A DNA stretch of 64,000 bases from Desulfuromonadales bacterium (GTDB lineage: Bacteria; Desulfobacterota; Desulfuromonadia; Desulfuromonadales; SZUA-540). Under the pieces are notes generated by a model that saw nothing but the letters and a program-made list of their open reading frames with translations, did not search any database and was not told the origin of the DNA. Shown here one piece after another: positions 1-9,920 of this stretch (the stretch's first letter is position 1; each line of letters opens with the position of its first letter). The position numbers and the translations under genes were made by a program. Location: the NCBI GenBank assembly GCA_033549025.1, contig JAWSUS010000001.1, forward strand, positions 299,685 through 363,684, read 5' to 3'.

Positions 1-1
1 T

Positions 2-409
2 CCGGAAGCCGCCCGCCTCATGGCCATGGCCGGCGCCGACCTACTAATCTACCCCACGGCCATCGGCTGGGATCCCCGTGACGATCGGGAGGAACAAGAG
101 CGGCAACTGCAGGCCTGGATCACCATTCAGCGCAGCCACGCCGTGGCCAACGGCATTTTCGTCATCAGCGTCAACCGCGTCGGCTTCGAGGCGGCGCCGG
201 AAAACGAGGGCGCCGGGGCCCAATTCTGGGGACACAGCTTTGTGGCCGGCTGCCAGGGGGAAATCGTCGTACAGGCGGGGGAGCAGGAAGAGGTTCTGCT
301 GGTTGACATCGACGGGGAACGCAGCGAAGCGGTGCGACGCATCTGGCCTTTCCTGCGAGATCGGCGCATTGAGGCTTACGGTGATCTGACCCGGCGCTAC
401 CGGGACTAA
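2..409 (+). CDS. Carbon-nitrogen hydrolase, probably N-carbamoylputrescine amidase (5'-truncated by the window edge)
   Basis: Open frame from base 2 (PEAARLMAMAGADLLIYPTAIGW...QRSHAVANG...NRVG...FWGHSF...RRIWPFLRDRR), typical of the C-terminal half of AguB-like nitrilase-family enzymes. Confidence 0.85.
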   Translation, partial: PEAARLMAMAGADLLIYPTAIGWDPRDDREEQERQLQAWITIQRSHAVANGIFVISVNRVGFEAAPENEGAGAQFWGHSFVAGCQGEIVVQAGEQEEVLLVDIDGERSEAVRRIWPFLRDRRIEAYGDLTRRYRD

Positions 410-439
410 AACGCCCACGCCGCCAGCCTTTGCAGGCGG

Positions 440-1405
440 TCAATAGCGGAAGACGATCCCCAGGTTCAGGGAAAGAGTCGTCCAGGACACCTCGTTGAGC
501 CGGGTGGAGGCCAGGCTGCCGTCGGCGAGATAGATGCGGTCCGTGCCATCTTCAGCCTGCCAGTCGCCGTACGCCATGGCCAGTTCTATGGCCCAACGCG
601 AATTCAGGGCGTATTGCCCCGTCACCTCGCCTACCAGACCGTATCCTGTCGCTTCCTGAACAAAGCTCTGGGGATGCTGCATGTCGCTGCGCAGATTCCA
701 GTTCGCCTCGGCCCGAAAATCGACCAGATGGAATTCCAGGCGCCCGGCGAGGAAAAAGCGCTCTGCCGGAGAGAAAGTCATCTCGACGCCCGTCCAGGGC
801 CCGGACCACTGGGTCTCATAGGTGCTGTCCAACCCGGGAAAAGCCCCGAGGGCGGGAACTGTCACCTCCCCCACCCCGAAAAACTGATCGGCCAGTTCCT
901 GGTCGGAAAGAACCTGCACTCCGTCGCGCAGCGTCAGATTTTGCTCATGGTAGGAATAGCCGAGCAAGGGCGTGATGCTGGCACGCCCGTGGGCCAAGGG
1001 AAACTGCAGGCCGCCGGCCAACGACAAGTCAAGCACCTCGCCCTGATCCGCGGCATTGGTAGAACGGGACCACTCGTCGCTGCGGTTTGGGCCGGCATAA
1101 TCGGAATCGCGATTTTCCCCGTCGACAATCCAGCCGTAAGCGGCGCTGCCCCGCACCGCCACATCAAAGGCGCTTCCCGGCCATTCCCAGAGGTAGCGGC
1201 TACCTCCCTGTACCTGAAAGATCTCCAGGTTGTCCCAGCGCAGCTCAGAAAGGACATCCAGCCCCCCGCCGCCAATACTCCAACGCAGCTCATCCTGGCG
1301 AAAGCCGGAGCGCAGGTCGACCTCTGCCTCGTCGGACCAGACGGGGGTGGCGAGAACCAGGGCGAGAAACAGGACGCCAGAGGCAGAAAACAGTCTGAAC
1401 AGCAT
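440..1405 (-). CDS. Outer-membrane beta-barrel protein, omptin-like
   Basis: N-terminal signal peptide, amphipathic aromatic-rich beta strands, SELRW and DSDY segments resembling omptins, C-terminal aromatic residue (GIVFRY). Confidence 0.6.
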   Translation of the reverse strand: MLFRLFSASGVLFLALVLATPVWSDEAEVDLRSGFRQDELRWSIGGGGLDVLSELRWDNLEIFQVQGGSRYLWEWPGSAFDVAVRGSAAYGWIVDGENRDSDYAGPNRSDEWSRSTNAADQGEVLDLSLAGGLQFPLAHGRASITPLLGYSYHEQNLTLRDGVQVLSDQELADQFFGVGEVTVPALGAFPGLDSTYETQWSGPWTGVEMTFSPAERFFLAGRLEFHLVDFRAEANWNLRSDMQHPQSFVQEATGYGLVGEVTGQYALNSRWAIELAMAYGDWQAEDGTDRIYLADGSLASTRLNEVSWTTLSLNLGIVFRY

Positions 1406-1546
1406 CAGCGCAAAACCTTTCCGGCTGGGATGACTCTATTAATTGTCATGCAAAAGAGAATTGGGACAACGGGCGACTTTTCGTCGGAAACATTTGACAA
1501 CCTCCCCCCGGATATGTTTTTTCTAGGGCCGCAAAGGAGTTTTGAC

Positions 1547-2410
1547 ATGTCGCCTAAGAAATCACTGATTACCTATTCTCTCTTCTGGAACTGCGGCCTC
1601 ATCCTGATCGGGTCCTTCATTCAGGCCATCGGCTTCAAAGCCCTGGGTGAACCGCAGGGCTTTGTCCCCGGCGGGCTGTTCGGCGTTTCCACCCTGATTC
1701 AGTACAAGACCGGTTTTGCCAATACCGGCCTCATCTATCTGCTGCTCAACATCCCCATGTTTGTTCTAGGGTATATCTTTATCTCAAAGCGTTTTCTCGG
1801 CTACAGCTTTCTGTCCATGCTCACCCTGTCCCTGTCTTTCATGGTGATCGATTTTCAGATCAACCTGACCGACCAGCTCTACGCCGCTGTGACCTTCGGC
1901 GTCATCATCGGGGCGGGGGCCGGCATGGTCCTGCGTTCACTGGGTTCGAACGGCGGGCTCGACGTGGTGGGGATCATTCTCAACCAGCGATTCAACCTCG
2001 GTCTGGGCAAGTTCTATTTCTTCTTCAACTGCGCCCTTTTCACCCTCAGCTTCGCCGCTCTGGACAACGATCTGGTCATCGCCTCGATGATCGCCGTCTT
2101 CATCACCTCGGTGACCGTCGACTACTGTCTGTCTCTCTTCAACCAGCGCAAGCTGGCCCTGATCATTTCGGAAAAGCCCCAGGAGATCGCCGACCAGGTC
2201 ATGTCGCACATGAAGATCGGGGCGACCTTCCTGCCCGCCGTCGGCGCCTATCATCGTAAGGAAAAAACCGTGCTGATGGTGGTCATCAACAACATCCAGC
2301 TCAAGCGACTGGAGGAGATCGTCTTCACCAGCGATCCCTACTCCATGTTTATCGTGGAGAACACCTTCAACGTGCTCGGCTCGACCTTTTCCAAGCGCAA
2401 GATCTACTAG
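1547..2410 (+). CDS. YitT family membrane protein (DUF161/DUF2179)
   Basis: Start moved to ATG 1547 after RBS AAGGAG; PGGLFG, LNIPMF, GSNGGLD and C-terminal 'QLKRLEEIV...DP..F' motifs; multiple TM helices. Confidence 0.88.
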   Translation: MSPKKSLITYSLFWNCGLILIGSFIQAIGFKALGEPQGFVPGGLFGVSTLIQYKTGFANTGLIYLLLNIPMFVLGYIFISKRFLGYSFLSMLTLSLSFMVIDFQINLTDQLYAAVTFGVIIGAGAGMVLRSLGSNGGLDVVGIILNQRFNLGLGKFYFFFNCALFTLSFAALDNDLVIASMIAVFITSVTVDYCLSLFNQRKLALIISEKPQEIADQVMSHMKIGATFLPAVGAYHRKEKTVLMVVINNIQLKRLEEIVFTSDPYSMFIVENTFNVLGSTFSKRKIY

Positions 2411-2412
2411 GA

Positions 2413-3852
2413 TCAGCGCAGCAGGTCGACGCGAAAGCGCAGGCGAAGATGTTCCAGAAATTTTTTGACTTCCTCCAGGGCCAGGCGAAACCGTCCGCGC
2501 TCCATGCGGTTGAGATCCTCCAGAGAGATATGGTTGGTCGGGGTCTCCCCCCGGGCGATCGCCGCGACCTGCCCACGGAGCCGTTGGAAGACAAGGTAAT
2601 TGAAGCTGGCCTCGAGATCGCCTGCCATTCTGGGCTCGAGCACGCCGGCGTCGACCAGGCCCTTGATGCGATCGCGCGTGCCGCCATCAAGTATCCCGGC
2701 TTGCAGGGAAAGAATTTTCACCCCCTCGGTGATGGCAAAAATTCCAGCTTTTTTTACATCCACCAGCCCTTGATGGGGCCCTTTCGTCTCTGTCTTAATC
2801 TGCCCGAACCATCCCAGCGGGGGCCGGAACCCCTGCACGTTCAGCGCGGCCCGTGCCAGGAAGACTTCATTTTTGCGGATATTGCCAAAGATGTGCTCCT
2901 TTAGAGCCTTCTCCAAAGAGGCATCACCGTAGAGGGTGCGCAGGTCGAAAAACATGCTCCCCTTGAGTATGTTTTCCGAGCTGATGTTGCCCAGCCAGCT
3001 GTCGAGTTCCTGCCGCCAGCCCCGCAGGCTTCGCCGCCAGGGGGGATTCTTGGCCATGATCCCGCCGGGACAGGGCGGCACCCCGGTCTCGATAAGAGCG
3101 TCGATCAGAACCTTTGAGAACTCCTCAAGTTGCCGCACCTGGTCACCAGACAGATGATCGGCGTAGACGATGGCGTTGTCCTGGTCGGTGGTCAGGGTCT
3201 GTTCGTGCCGCCCTTCGCTACCGAGGACGATGAAGGCAAATTCCGAGGGAAGATCGGCAAATCGATCCCGGCGCAGCAAGGCGATGAGGCGCAGCAACAG
3301 CTGATCGTTGAGATGGGCGATAAGTCGCACCAGATCCGGGGTTTTTACGCCGGTGCCGGTAAGATGAACGACCAGTTCATTGATGCGGGCCCGCAAACGA
3401 CGTAGATCCTCAAGGTTCTCGGCCCCCTCGATGTCGCGGACCATTTTATGGGGAGAACGCGTCTGCAGTCGCAGGATGTCCGAGTCGGTGAGAATGCCGA
3501 CCAGGCGGCCGCCGGCATCCACCACCCCCAACCGATGGATGCCGTGGCGGGACATGCGGTAGAGCGCCTCAAAGACCAGCTCATCCTCGCCGATCACGAT
3601 CAACGGGCTGCTCATGATCTCGGCCACCGAGAACGCGTTCGGATCCACACCGCGCGAGACGACCTTGTTGCGCAGGTCCCGGTCCGTCACGATCCCTACG
3701 GGCGCCTCGTCGACCGTCACCACAATGCTCGAGATGTTCTTCTTCCTCATGACGCCAACGGCGTTCACCAGCGCTTCATCGGGCGGACAGGACACCACTT
3801 CGCGTTGGCAAAAAGCCGCGATGGGCAGGAAGAAAACATTGGCCTCAGGCAT
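2413..3852 (-). CDS. CBS-pair + DUF294 nucleotidyltransferase-like protein
   Basis: Two CBS motifs (GIVTDRDLR, GILTDSDIL), then GSEGRHEQTLTTDQDNA nucleotidyltransferase motif, CPGGIMAKNP and FFDLR. Confidence 0.88.
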   Translation of the reverse strand: MPEANVFFLPIAAFCQREVVSCPPDEALVNAVGVMRKKNISSIVVTVDEAPVGIVTDRDLRNKVVSRGVDPNAFSVAEIMSSPLIVIGEDELVFEALYRMSRHGIHRLGVVDAGGRLVGILTDSDILRLQTRSPHKMVRDIEGAENLEDLRRLRARINELVVHLTGTGVKTPDLVRLIAHLNDQLLLRLIALLRRDRFADLPSEFAFIVLGSEGRHEQTLTTDQDNAIVYADHLSGDQVRQLEEFSKVLIDALIETGVPPCPGGIMAKNPPWRRSLRGWRQELDSWLGNISSENILKGSMFFDLRTLYGDASLEKALKEHIFGNIRKNEVFLARAALNVQGFRPPLGWFGQIKTETKGPHQGLVDVKKAGIFAITEGVKILSLQAGILDGGTRDRIKGLVDAGVLEPRMAGDLEASFNYLVFQRLRGQVAAIARGETPTNHISLEDLNRMERGRFRLALEEVKKFLEHLRLRFRVDLLR

Positions 3853-3891
3853 AGGGAGTCCTCTTCAGAGACAGGTTGGGGGCGGCGACTG

Positions 3892-4404
3892 TCAATCGAT
3901 CACAGTCACCTGCTGAATGACGATCGGCTCTTTGGGGACATCGTCAAAGCCTGCCACTTTGGTCGTCGTCTGCTGTTCGATGGTATAGACCACATCCATG
4001 CCATCGACCACCTTGCCAAAGACGGCATAGCCGAAGTTGTCGGGGTCGGTGCCGGTGTTGTCGAGAAATTTGTTATCTTCGGTGTTGATGAAAAACTGGG
4101 CGGTGGCGCTGTTTACCTCCTGGGTGCGCGCCATGGCGATGGTGCCGGTTTTATTCTTGAGCTTGTTCTGCGCTTCGTTCACAATCGGCTCACGGGTCGG
4201 TTTTTCCTGCATGTCAGGCGTCAGCCCCCCGCCCTGGACCATGAAATTTTTGATGACGCGATGAAAAATCGTGCCGTCGTAATGACCTGCCCGCGCATAG
4301 GCGATGAAGTTTTCGACGGTAATGGGGGCTTTTTCGACATCCAGTTCGAGGACGATTTCGCCAAGGGATGTTTCCATCTGAACAAGGGGATTGGACTGGC
4401 TCAC
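3892..4404 (-). CDS. ppiB: Cyclophilin-type peptidyl-prolyl cis-trans isomerase
   Basis: FHRVIKNFMVQGGG, GTIAMART, SATAQFFIN, GYAVFGKV; GTG start with AAGGAG RBS; no signal peptide. Confidence 0.92.
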   Translation of the reverse strand: MSQSNPLVQMETSLGEIVLELDVEKAPITVENFIAYARAGHYDGTIFHRVIKNFMVQGGGLTPDMQEKPTREPIVNEAQNKLKNKTGTIAMARTQEVNSATAQFFINTEDNKFLDNTGTDPDNFGYAVFGKVVDGMDVVYTIEQQTTTKVAGFDDVPKEPIVIQQVTVID

Positions 4405-4501
4405 GGGATAGCTCCTTCGGTTTTAGTGGTGTGCGTATCGGGAAAGTATAGGTAAAGCATGGCGCCGAGGCAAGCGGATAGAGGTAAACCATGGGGGAAT
4501 C

Positions 4502-5326
4502 TTGACTTCGGGTAGCTGTTTTCGGGTCACAGGATGGGCGGCAAGAGGAGTTTCGCTAATCATCTGGGGCATTCTGGCCGGTTGCATGCCGGACCCGGCG
4601 GGGGCGCCGCCAAGCCTTGCCCCTTCGGCAGCGGGTGATCCTATCGCCGGCGTGCTGGACGGACTCCCCTCTGCCGCCCTGGGAACCATGGGCTACAGCA
4701 TCCAGGTCGGTGCCTTTGCCAGTCTGGATAATGCCGTTCGCTTGGAAGCAGCCCTGACCGCCCAGGGGATTGACGCTTACTACTTCCGCGACGAATCGGG
4801 CTTATACAAGGTCCGGTTTGGCAATCACGACCACTATGCCGATGCCCGCCGCGAAGCCGAGCGCCTGCAAAACCTCACCATCATCAAGGATTTCTTCATC
4901 GTCATACCGGAGGACTATGCCCACAGCCGCATCCAGCGCAGCGGCCAGGGCGACTTAGGGACCGAACTGGTTAAAACGGCCCGCCGTTTTATCGGCGTCC
5001 CCTATCGGTGGGGTGGTGAGGATCGGCACAATGGCTTCGATTGCAGCGGTCTGACCATGGTCTGTTATCGTCTGAACGGCCTCAACCTGCCTCGCAACTC
5101 ACGCAGCCAATTTCAGGCGGGGGCACCCGTTCAGCGGCACGCGCTCGCCCAAGGTGACCTGGTCTTTTTCGCCACCCAGGGAGGCACGCGGGTCACCCAT
5201 GTAGGGCTCTACATCGGCAATGGAAAGTTCATCCACGCTCCGCGCACCGGCAAGACCGTTCGCATTGAGAACCTTTCCAACGGATTCTTTACCCGCACCT
5301 ACATGGGAGGACGCCGTTACTTCTAA
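4502..5326 (+). CDS. Lipoprotein with SPOR and NlpC/P60 peptidoglycan endopeptidase domains
   Basis: Lipobox LAGC; SPOR start YSIQVGAF; NlpC/P60 motifs GVPYRWGG, FDCSGL, HVGLYIG, FIHA; exact start uncertain. Confidence 0.88.
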   Translation: MTSGSCFRVTGWAARGVSLIIWGILAGCMPDPAGAPPSLAPSAAGDPIAGVLDGLPSAALGTMGYSIQVGAFASLDNAVRLEAALTAQGIDAYYFRDESGLYKVRFGNHDHYADARREAERLQNLTIIKDFFIVIPEDYAHSRIQRSGQGDLGTELVKTARRFIGVPYRWGGEDRHNGFDCSGLTMVCYRLNGLNLPRNSRSQFQAGAPVQRHALAQGDLVFFATQGGTRVTHVGLYIGNGKFIHAPRTGKTVRIENLSNGFFTRTYMGGRRYF

Positions 5327-5357
5327 GATTCAGCTCCTGCCTCTTCAGTGCCCCAAT

Positions 5358-5397
5358 AACAAAGCCCCTGCCGAGAGTTCCCGGCAGGGGCTTTGTT
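5358..5397. terminator. Likely bidirectional intrinsic terminator between convergent NlpC/P60 gene and acnB
   Basis: 16-bp inverted repeat AACAAAGCCCCTGCCG / CGGCAGGGGCTTTGTT. Confidence 0.8.
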
Positions 5398-5421
5398 GTG
5401 TTCGAAAAGAGTCCGGCAGCC

Positions 5422-7956
5422 TTACTTGCCGTATCCTTCCATTTCGTCGAATTGCAGATATTTGTAGACCTGATCGGCCTTGGGCGCGACCTTCTCCTGG
5501 TAAACGGCCAGATACTCAGCCGGTGTGGGGAGTTTGCCCAGGTTGGTGATCACGGCACCGAGTTCGGCGCTGCCGAGGTACACCTTGGCGCCGTTACCGA
5601 TACGATCATCGAAGTTACGGGTCGAGGTGGAGAACATGTTCACCCCGTCGGGTACCCGGGCCTGGTTGCCCATGCACAGGGAGCAGCCGGCGATCTCGAT
5701 GCGGGCGCCAATGGCACTGTAAATCGAGAAGAGGGCCTCGTCCTTGAGCTGCTGCTGATCCATACGGGTCGGCGGGCAGATCCAGGTACGAACGGCCGGG
5801 TTGAACTTCTGGCCGCGCCAGATTTCGGCGGCGGCGCGGAAATGACCGATATTGGTCATGCAGGAACCGAGGAAGACGTCCTGGATGGGCGTGCCGGCCA
5901 CTTCGGAAAGCAGCTTGACATCATCGGGATCGTTGGGGCAGGCCAGAATCGGCTCGGTGATCTCGGCCAGGTCGATCTCGATGACAGCAGCGTACTCGGC
6001 ATTGGCGTCAGCCTTGAGCAGCTTGGGATTCTTCAGCCACTCGTTGACGGCGTCGATGCGATTCTGCAGGGTCTGCGGATCCTGGTAGCCCTCTTCGATC
6101 ATCTTCTTCATCAGGGCCACGTTGGAGCGCAGGTAAGCGCAGACCGAGTCTTCGGAGAGCTGGATGCAGCCGGCAGCAGCGGAGCGCTCGGCGGCGGCGT
6201 CGGTGAGCTCGAAAGCCTGCTCAACGGAGAGCTCGGGCAGCCCTTCCATTTCGAGGATGCGGCCGTTGAAGATATTTTTCTTGTTCTTTTTGGGCACGGT
6301 CAGCAGGCCCTGTTTGATGGCCCAGTAAGGAATGGCATTGACCGCGTCACGCAAAGTGATGCCGGGATTGAACTTGCCCTTGAAGCGGACCAGCACCGAC
6401 TCGGGCATGTCCAGGGGCATGAAGCCCATGGCGCCGGCAAAAGCCACCAGACCGGAGCCAGCGGGGAAGCTGATGCCGATAGGGAAGCGGGTATGAGAGT
6501 CGCCGCCGGTGCCGACGGTGTCGGGCAGCAGCAGACGATTCAGCCAGCTGTGAATGACACCGTCACCGGGACGCAGGGCGACCCCGGCACGCTCGGCAAT
6601 GAACTGGGGCAGCGTCTTGTGCATCTTCACGTCCGCCGGCTTGGGATAAGCGGCGGTGTGGCAGAAGGACTGCATGAACATGGGGGACTGGAACCTGAGG
6701 CAGGCCAGTTCCTTGAGCTCGTCAGCGGTCATGGGACCGGTAGTGTCCTGGGAACCGACCGTGGTCATCTTCGGCTCGCAGGCGGTGCCGGGCAGAATTC
6801 CGTCAACGCCGCAGGCCTTACCGACCATCTTCTGAGCCAGCGAGTAGCCCTGGCCAGCCTTGGGCTCAGGATTCACCGGCTGAGTGAAAATGTCGGCTTC
6901 AGGCATGCCGAGGGCGGCGCGGGCCTTAGCGGTCAGGGCGCGACCGATGATCAGGGGAATGCGGCCACCGGCGCGGAACTCATCGGGCACCGTATTGGGC
7001 GTAATCTCAAAGGTCGTGATGACCTTGCCAGCCTCATCAGTCACTTCACCCTTCTTGGTGTTGATGACGATGACGTCCCCGGTGTTCATCTCCGTCACGT
7101 CCATCTTCAGCGGCAGGGCGCCGGAATCCTGAGCCGTGTTGAAGAAGATCGGCGCAATAACGCTGCCGATGATCACACCGCCGGTCTTCTTGTTGGGCAC
7201 GGCGGGAATTTCGTTACCGATATGCCAAAGGACGCTGTTGCAGGCCGATTTACGGGAAGAACCGGTACCGACCACGTCGCCGACGAAAGCCACCTGGAAG
7301 CCTTCTTCACGGAACTTGGCGATAGTCTCCAGGCCGCCGGGAAAACGGGTTTTACCCATAGCCAGAGCATGGAGAGGAATGTCCGGACGGCTCCAGGCGT
7401 CGCCAGCCGGAGAGAAGTCATCGGTGTTGATCTCGCCGTCCACCTTGAAGACTTTAACCTTGATGGTCTCGGGCATGGCCGGTTTGTTGGTGAACCACTC
7501 GGCCTTGGCCCAGGATTCCACGACCTTCTTGGCGGCGGCATTGGACTTGGCCAGGGCTGCGACCTCGTCAAAGGCATCGTACACCAGGGTGATGCCAGAC
7601 AGGGCCTTGGCCGCTTCGTCGGCCAGTTCGGCCTCTTTGAGCGCATCGACCAGGGGCTTGACGTTATAGCCTCCCATCATGGTGCCGAGAATACGAACGG
7701 CCTCTTTGTTATCGAACAGAGGAGTCTTGGCCTGCCCTTTCAGAACTTTTGCCAAAAAGTCGGCCTTGACTTCAGCTGCGGGATCCACGCCGGGAGAAAC
7801 CCGCTCGGTGAAGAGGTGCTTGAGAAAATCCTCTTTACCAGCCGGTGGGTTTTGCAGCAACTCGCACAGTTGTTGAGTCTGCTCGGGATTCAGGGGAAGC
7901 GCGGGGATGCCCTGGGCATTCCGCTCGGCTTCGTGCTTCAGATAAGCGTCGATCAT
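5422..7956 (-). CDS. acnB: Aconitate hydratase B
   Basis: 844 aa; N-terminal HEAT-like domain, [51 protein letters not shown]. Confidence 0.97.
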   Translation of the reverse strand: MIDAYLKHEAERNAQGIPALPLNPEQTQQLCELLQNPPAGKEDFLKHLFTERVSPGVDPAAEVKADFLAKVLKGQAKTPLFDNKEAVRILGTMMGGYNVKPLVDALKEAELADEAAKALSGITLVYDAFDEVAALAKSNAAAKKVVESWAKAEWFTNKPAMPETIKVKVFKVDGEINTDDFSPAGDAWSRPDIPLHALAMGKTRFPGGLETIAKFREEGFQVAFVGDVVGTGSSRKSACNSVLWHIGNEIPAVPNKKTGGVIIGSVIAPIFFNTAQDSGALPLKMDVTEMNTGDVIVINTKKGEVTDEAGKVITTFEITPNTVPDEFRAGGRIPLIIGRALTAKARAALGMPEADIFTQPVNPEPKAGQGYSLAQKMVGKACGVDGILPGTACEPKMTTVGSQDTTGPMTADELKELACLRFQSPMFMQSFCHTAAYPKPADVKMHKTLPQFIAERAGVALRPGDGVIHSWLNRLLLPDTVGTGGDSHTRFPIGISFPAGSGLVAFAGAMGFMPLDMPESVLVRFKGKFNPGITLRDAVNAIPYWAIKQGLLTVPKKNKKNIFNGRILEMEGLPELSVEQAFELTDAAAERSAAAGCIQLSEDSVCAYLRSNVALMKKMIEEGYQDPQTLQNRIDAVNEWLKNPKLLKADANAEYAAVIEIDLAEITEPILACPNDPDDVKLLSEVAGTPIQDVFLGSCMTNIGHFRAAAEIWRGQKFNPAVRTWICPPTRMDQQQLKDEALFSIYSAIGARIEIAGCSLCMGNQARVPDGVNMFSTSTRNFDDRIGNGAKVYLGSAELGAVITNLGKLPTPAEYLAVYQEKVAPKADQVYKYLQFDEMEGYGK

Positions 7957-8079
7957 CTCTCTCCTCCTCGAATTATTGCGGCCTGTTAGTGCCCATTGGC
8001 AAAGCCGCTATTCACACCGTGTCCCGGCAACGAAGCTGCAAAATCCGACTTCGTCCAGGCGCGTTTTCCATACTGAAAC

Positions 8080-8115
8080 TTGCATACTGTATACGATTTA
8101 CAAAGGCCTTGTCAA
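8080..8115 (-). promoter_or_regulatory. Putative acnB sigma70 promoter with overlapping 15-bp operator
   Basis: Minus strand TTGACA (8115-8110) then TATACA after 16 bp; the operator TTGCATACTGTATAC (8080-8094) recurs exactly upstream of icd. Confidence 0.65.
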
Positions 8116-8267
8116 CGATCAACTCCGACACAAACCGTGGTTTAACCTAAGACGTCTGCCTGACCTCCCCCACTTTCTTCTGCCCTTTCCGCCACCATCA
8201 TGGCCGACCTGGCTACGACACATTCTGTCACACAAGGTCGTTAGGCTTTGCCGTAAAGGAGGCCGCC

Positions 8268-8453
8268 ATGTTTGAATTTCTCATGCTTATCGGTTTTTTT
8301 TCAGCAATTCTAAGTTCGCTCACCCGCCATGCACCTAAAAAGGATTTCTTTTCCCCAAAATCTGGGCACCAGAAAAGGCAACGGGCTCATCCCCCAAAAC
8401 GGGCCAAGATGACCAGTCCAGGCAACGCACGAAACATGGTCAGGCCAGCTTAG
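8268..8453 (+). CDS. Small hypothetical membrane-anchored protein
   Basis: GGAGG RBS 5 nt before ATG; N-terminal hydrophobic stretch, basic tail; followed by a terminator. Confidence 0.45.
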   Translation: MFEFLMLIGFFSAILSSLTRHAPKKDFFSPKSGHQKRQRAHPPKRAKMTSPGNARNMVRPA

Positions 8454-8469
8454 AAAACAGAGTCGACTC

Positions 8470-8509
8470 AAAAAAAAACGCCCGGAGGCAAAAAGCTCCC
8501 GGGCGTTTT
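8470..8509. terminator. Intrinsic terminator ending the kor operon (possibly bidirectional)
   Basis: AAAACGCCCGG...CCGGGCGTTTT stem with A/T tracts on both sides. Confidence 0.75.
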
Positions 8510-8527
8510 CAGTGGAACGATCAAAAG

Positions 8528-9076
8528 TTACTTCATGAGCTCTTTGACTTTTTCATAGCCGAGAGCATAGGCCTTCTTGTTGAGGTCGAGGAAGGCTTCA
8601 GGCACACGGGCCAGAACGGCTTTTTCGCCAGCCTCACGAGAGACAGCGCCCGTCAGGGCGATCATGGCGCCGAGGGCAACCACGTTGGCGACGATTTCAC
8701 GGCCAAGATCCTCTTTGGCGGTGCGAGTAATGGGGAATTTGTAAATCTTGAAATCCCCTTGGGGCTCGTTCTTGACAAAGTCCGAATCGAGCAAGAGCAC
8801 TCCACCAGGCTTGATGCCATTAGCGTACTTGTCGGCAGACTCCTGCGTCATGGCCAGGCAGGCATCGACGATGGTCGCCTTGGGGTAGTCAATAGGTCCG
8901 TCAGAGATAATAACCTCGGACTTGGAAGCGCCACCGCGGGCTTCTGGACCGTAGCTCTGGGACTGAACGGCGTGCTTGCCTTCGATGATGGAGGCCGCTT
9001 CAGCCAGAATGATACCGGCGGTGATCAGCCCCTGACCACCGGCGCCGGAAAATCGAATTTCAAATCTTTCAGACAT
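8528..9076 (-). CDS. korC: 2-oxoglutarate:ferredoxin oxidoreductase gamma subunit
   Basis: IRFSGAGGQG, QSYGPEARGGAS motifs; operon context. Confidence 0.9.
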   Translation of the reverse strand: MSERFEIRFSGAGGQGLITAGIILAEAASIIEGKHAVQSQSYGPEARGGASKSEVIISDGPIDYPKATIVDACLAMTQESADKYANGIKPGGVLLLDSDFVKNEPQGDFKIYKFPITRTAKEDLGREIVANVVALGAMIALTGAVSREAGEKAVLARVPEAFLDLNKKAYALGYEKVKELMK

Positions 9077-9103
9077 CGATCCTTCTCCTTATTCGCTGGA
9101 TAA

Positions 9104-9919
9104 TCAGGCGCCCTGCGCCTTGGCGATAACCTTGGCATACTGCTCGCAGTACTCGGGCTTTTCCTCTTTGTAGAGAACACCGGTGAGCACTTTCCCTTCA
9201 AGCTGCTCGGCCGTCATCTTGCTGGCGGCCGCCACGGGAACGGCAATATCCTTGAGACGCTTCATCATATCGACGACGCTGCGGAATTTGTTGCGGCGCC
9301 CATAGGTGGTGGGGCAGTCGTCGAGAACTTCGATAACGGCCAGCCCCTTGTGCTTGATGCCTTCGGCAATCAGCTTGTCAATCTGGGTGGCGTGAAAAGA
9401 GGTGGTACGGGCGACAAAGGTCGCGCCAGCGCCGATAGCCAGCTTGCTGATGTCAAAAGTCGGATCGGGGTTGCCGTAAACGGTGGTGGACGCCTTGGCC
9501 CCTGTGGGAGTGCAAGGAGAGAACTGACCGCCGGTCATGCCGTAGATGCTGTTGTTGAAGATGACATAGGTCATGTCAATGTTGCGGCGGCAGGCATGGA
9601 TGAAGTGGTTTCCGCCAATAGCGGTACCATCACCGTCACCACCGACACAAATCACGTTCATCTCGGGCTTGGCCATTTTGACGCCGGTAGCAAAGGCAGC
9701 GGCACGGCCGTGAGCGGTGTGCAGAGTGTTGAAATCGACATAACCGGGGAGACGGCTGGCGCAGCCGATACCGGAAACGATGGCGGTGTTGTTCTTGTCC
9801 AGACCGCACATGTCAATGGCCCGGATCAGGCCCTTCATGGCAATCCCGTGGCCGCAGCCGGGGCACCAGATGTGGGGCAACTTGCCGGGGCGCAGATATT
9901 TATCGTAATCGAAAGCCAT
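9104..9919 (-). CDS. korB: 2-oxoglutarate:ferredoxin oxidoreductase beta subunit
   Basis: WCPGCG, SGIGC, TPP-binding GDGD...NN, YGMTGGQ; start at MAFDYDK. Confidence 0.92.
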   Translation of the reverse strand: MAFDYDKYLRPGKLPHIWCPGCGHGIAMKGLIRAIDMCGLDKNNTAIVSGIGCASRLPGYVDFNTLHTAHGRAAAFATGVKMAKPEMNVICVGGDGDGTAIGGNHFIHACRRNIDMTYVIFNNSIYGMTGGQFSPCTPTGAKASTTVYGNPDPTFDISKLAIGAGATFVARTTSFHATQIDKLIAEGIKHKGLAVIEVLDDCPTTYGRRNKFRSVVDMMKRLKDIAVPVAAASKMTAEQLEGKVLTGVLYKEEKPEYCEQYAKVIAKAQGA

Positions 9920-9920
9920 G

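Noticed and set aside
614..2410. 598-aa plus-strand ORF suggesting a long N-terminal extension of YitT
   Set aside because: The first 311 codons are mostly antisense to the barrel gene; a proper RBS and ATG occur at 1547
5398..7989. 863-aa ORF antisense to acnB
   Set aside because: Mirrors acnB codon for codon; a common artefact of biased codon usage in GC-rich, highly expressed genes; no recognisable motifs
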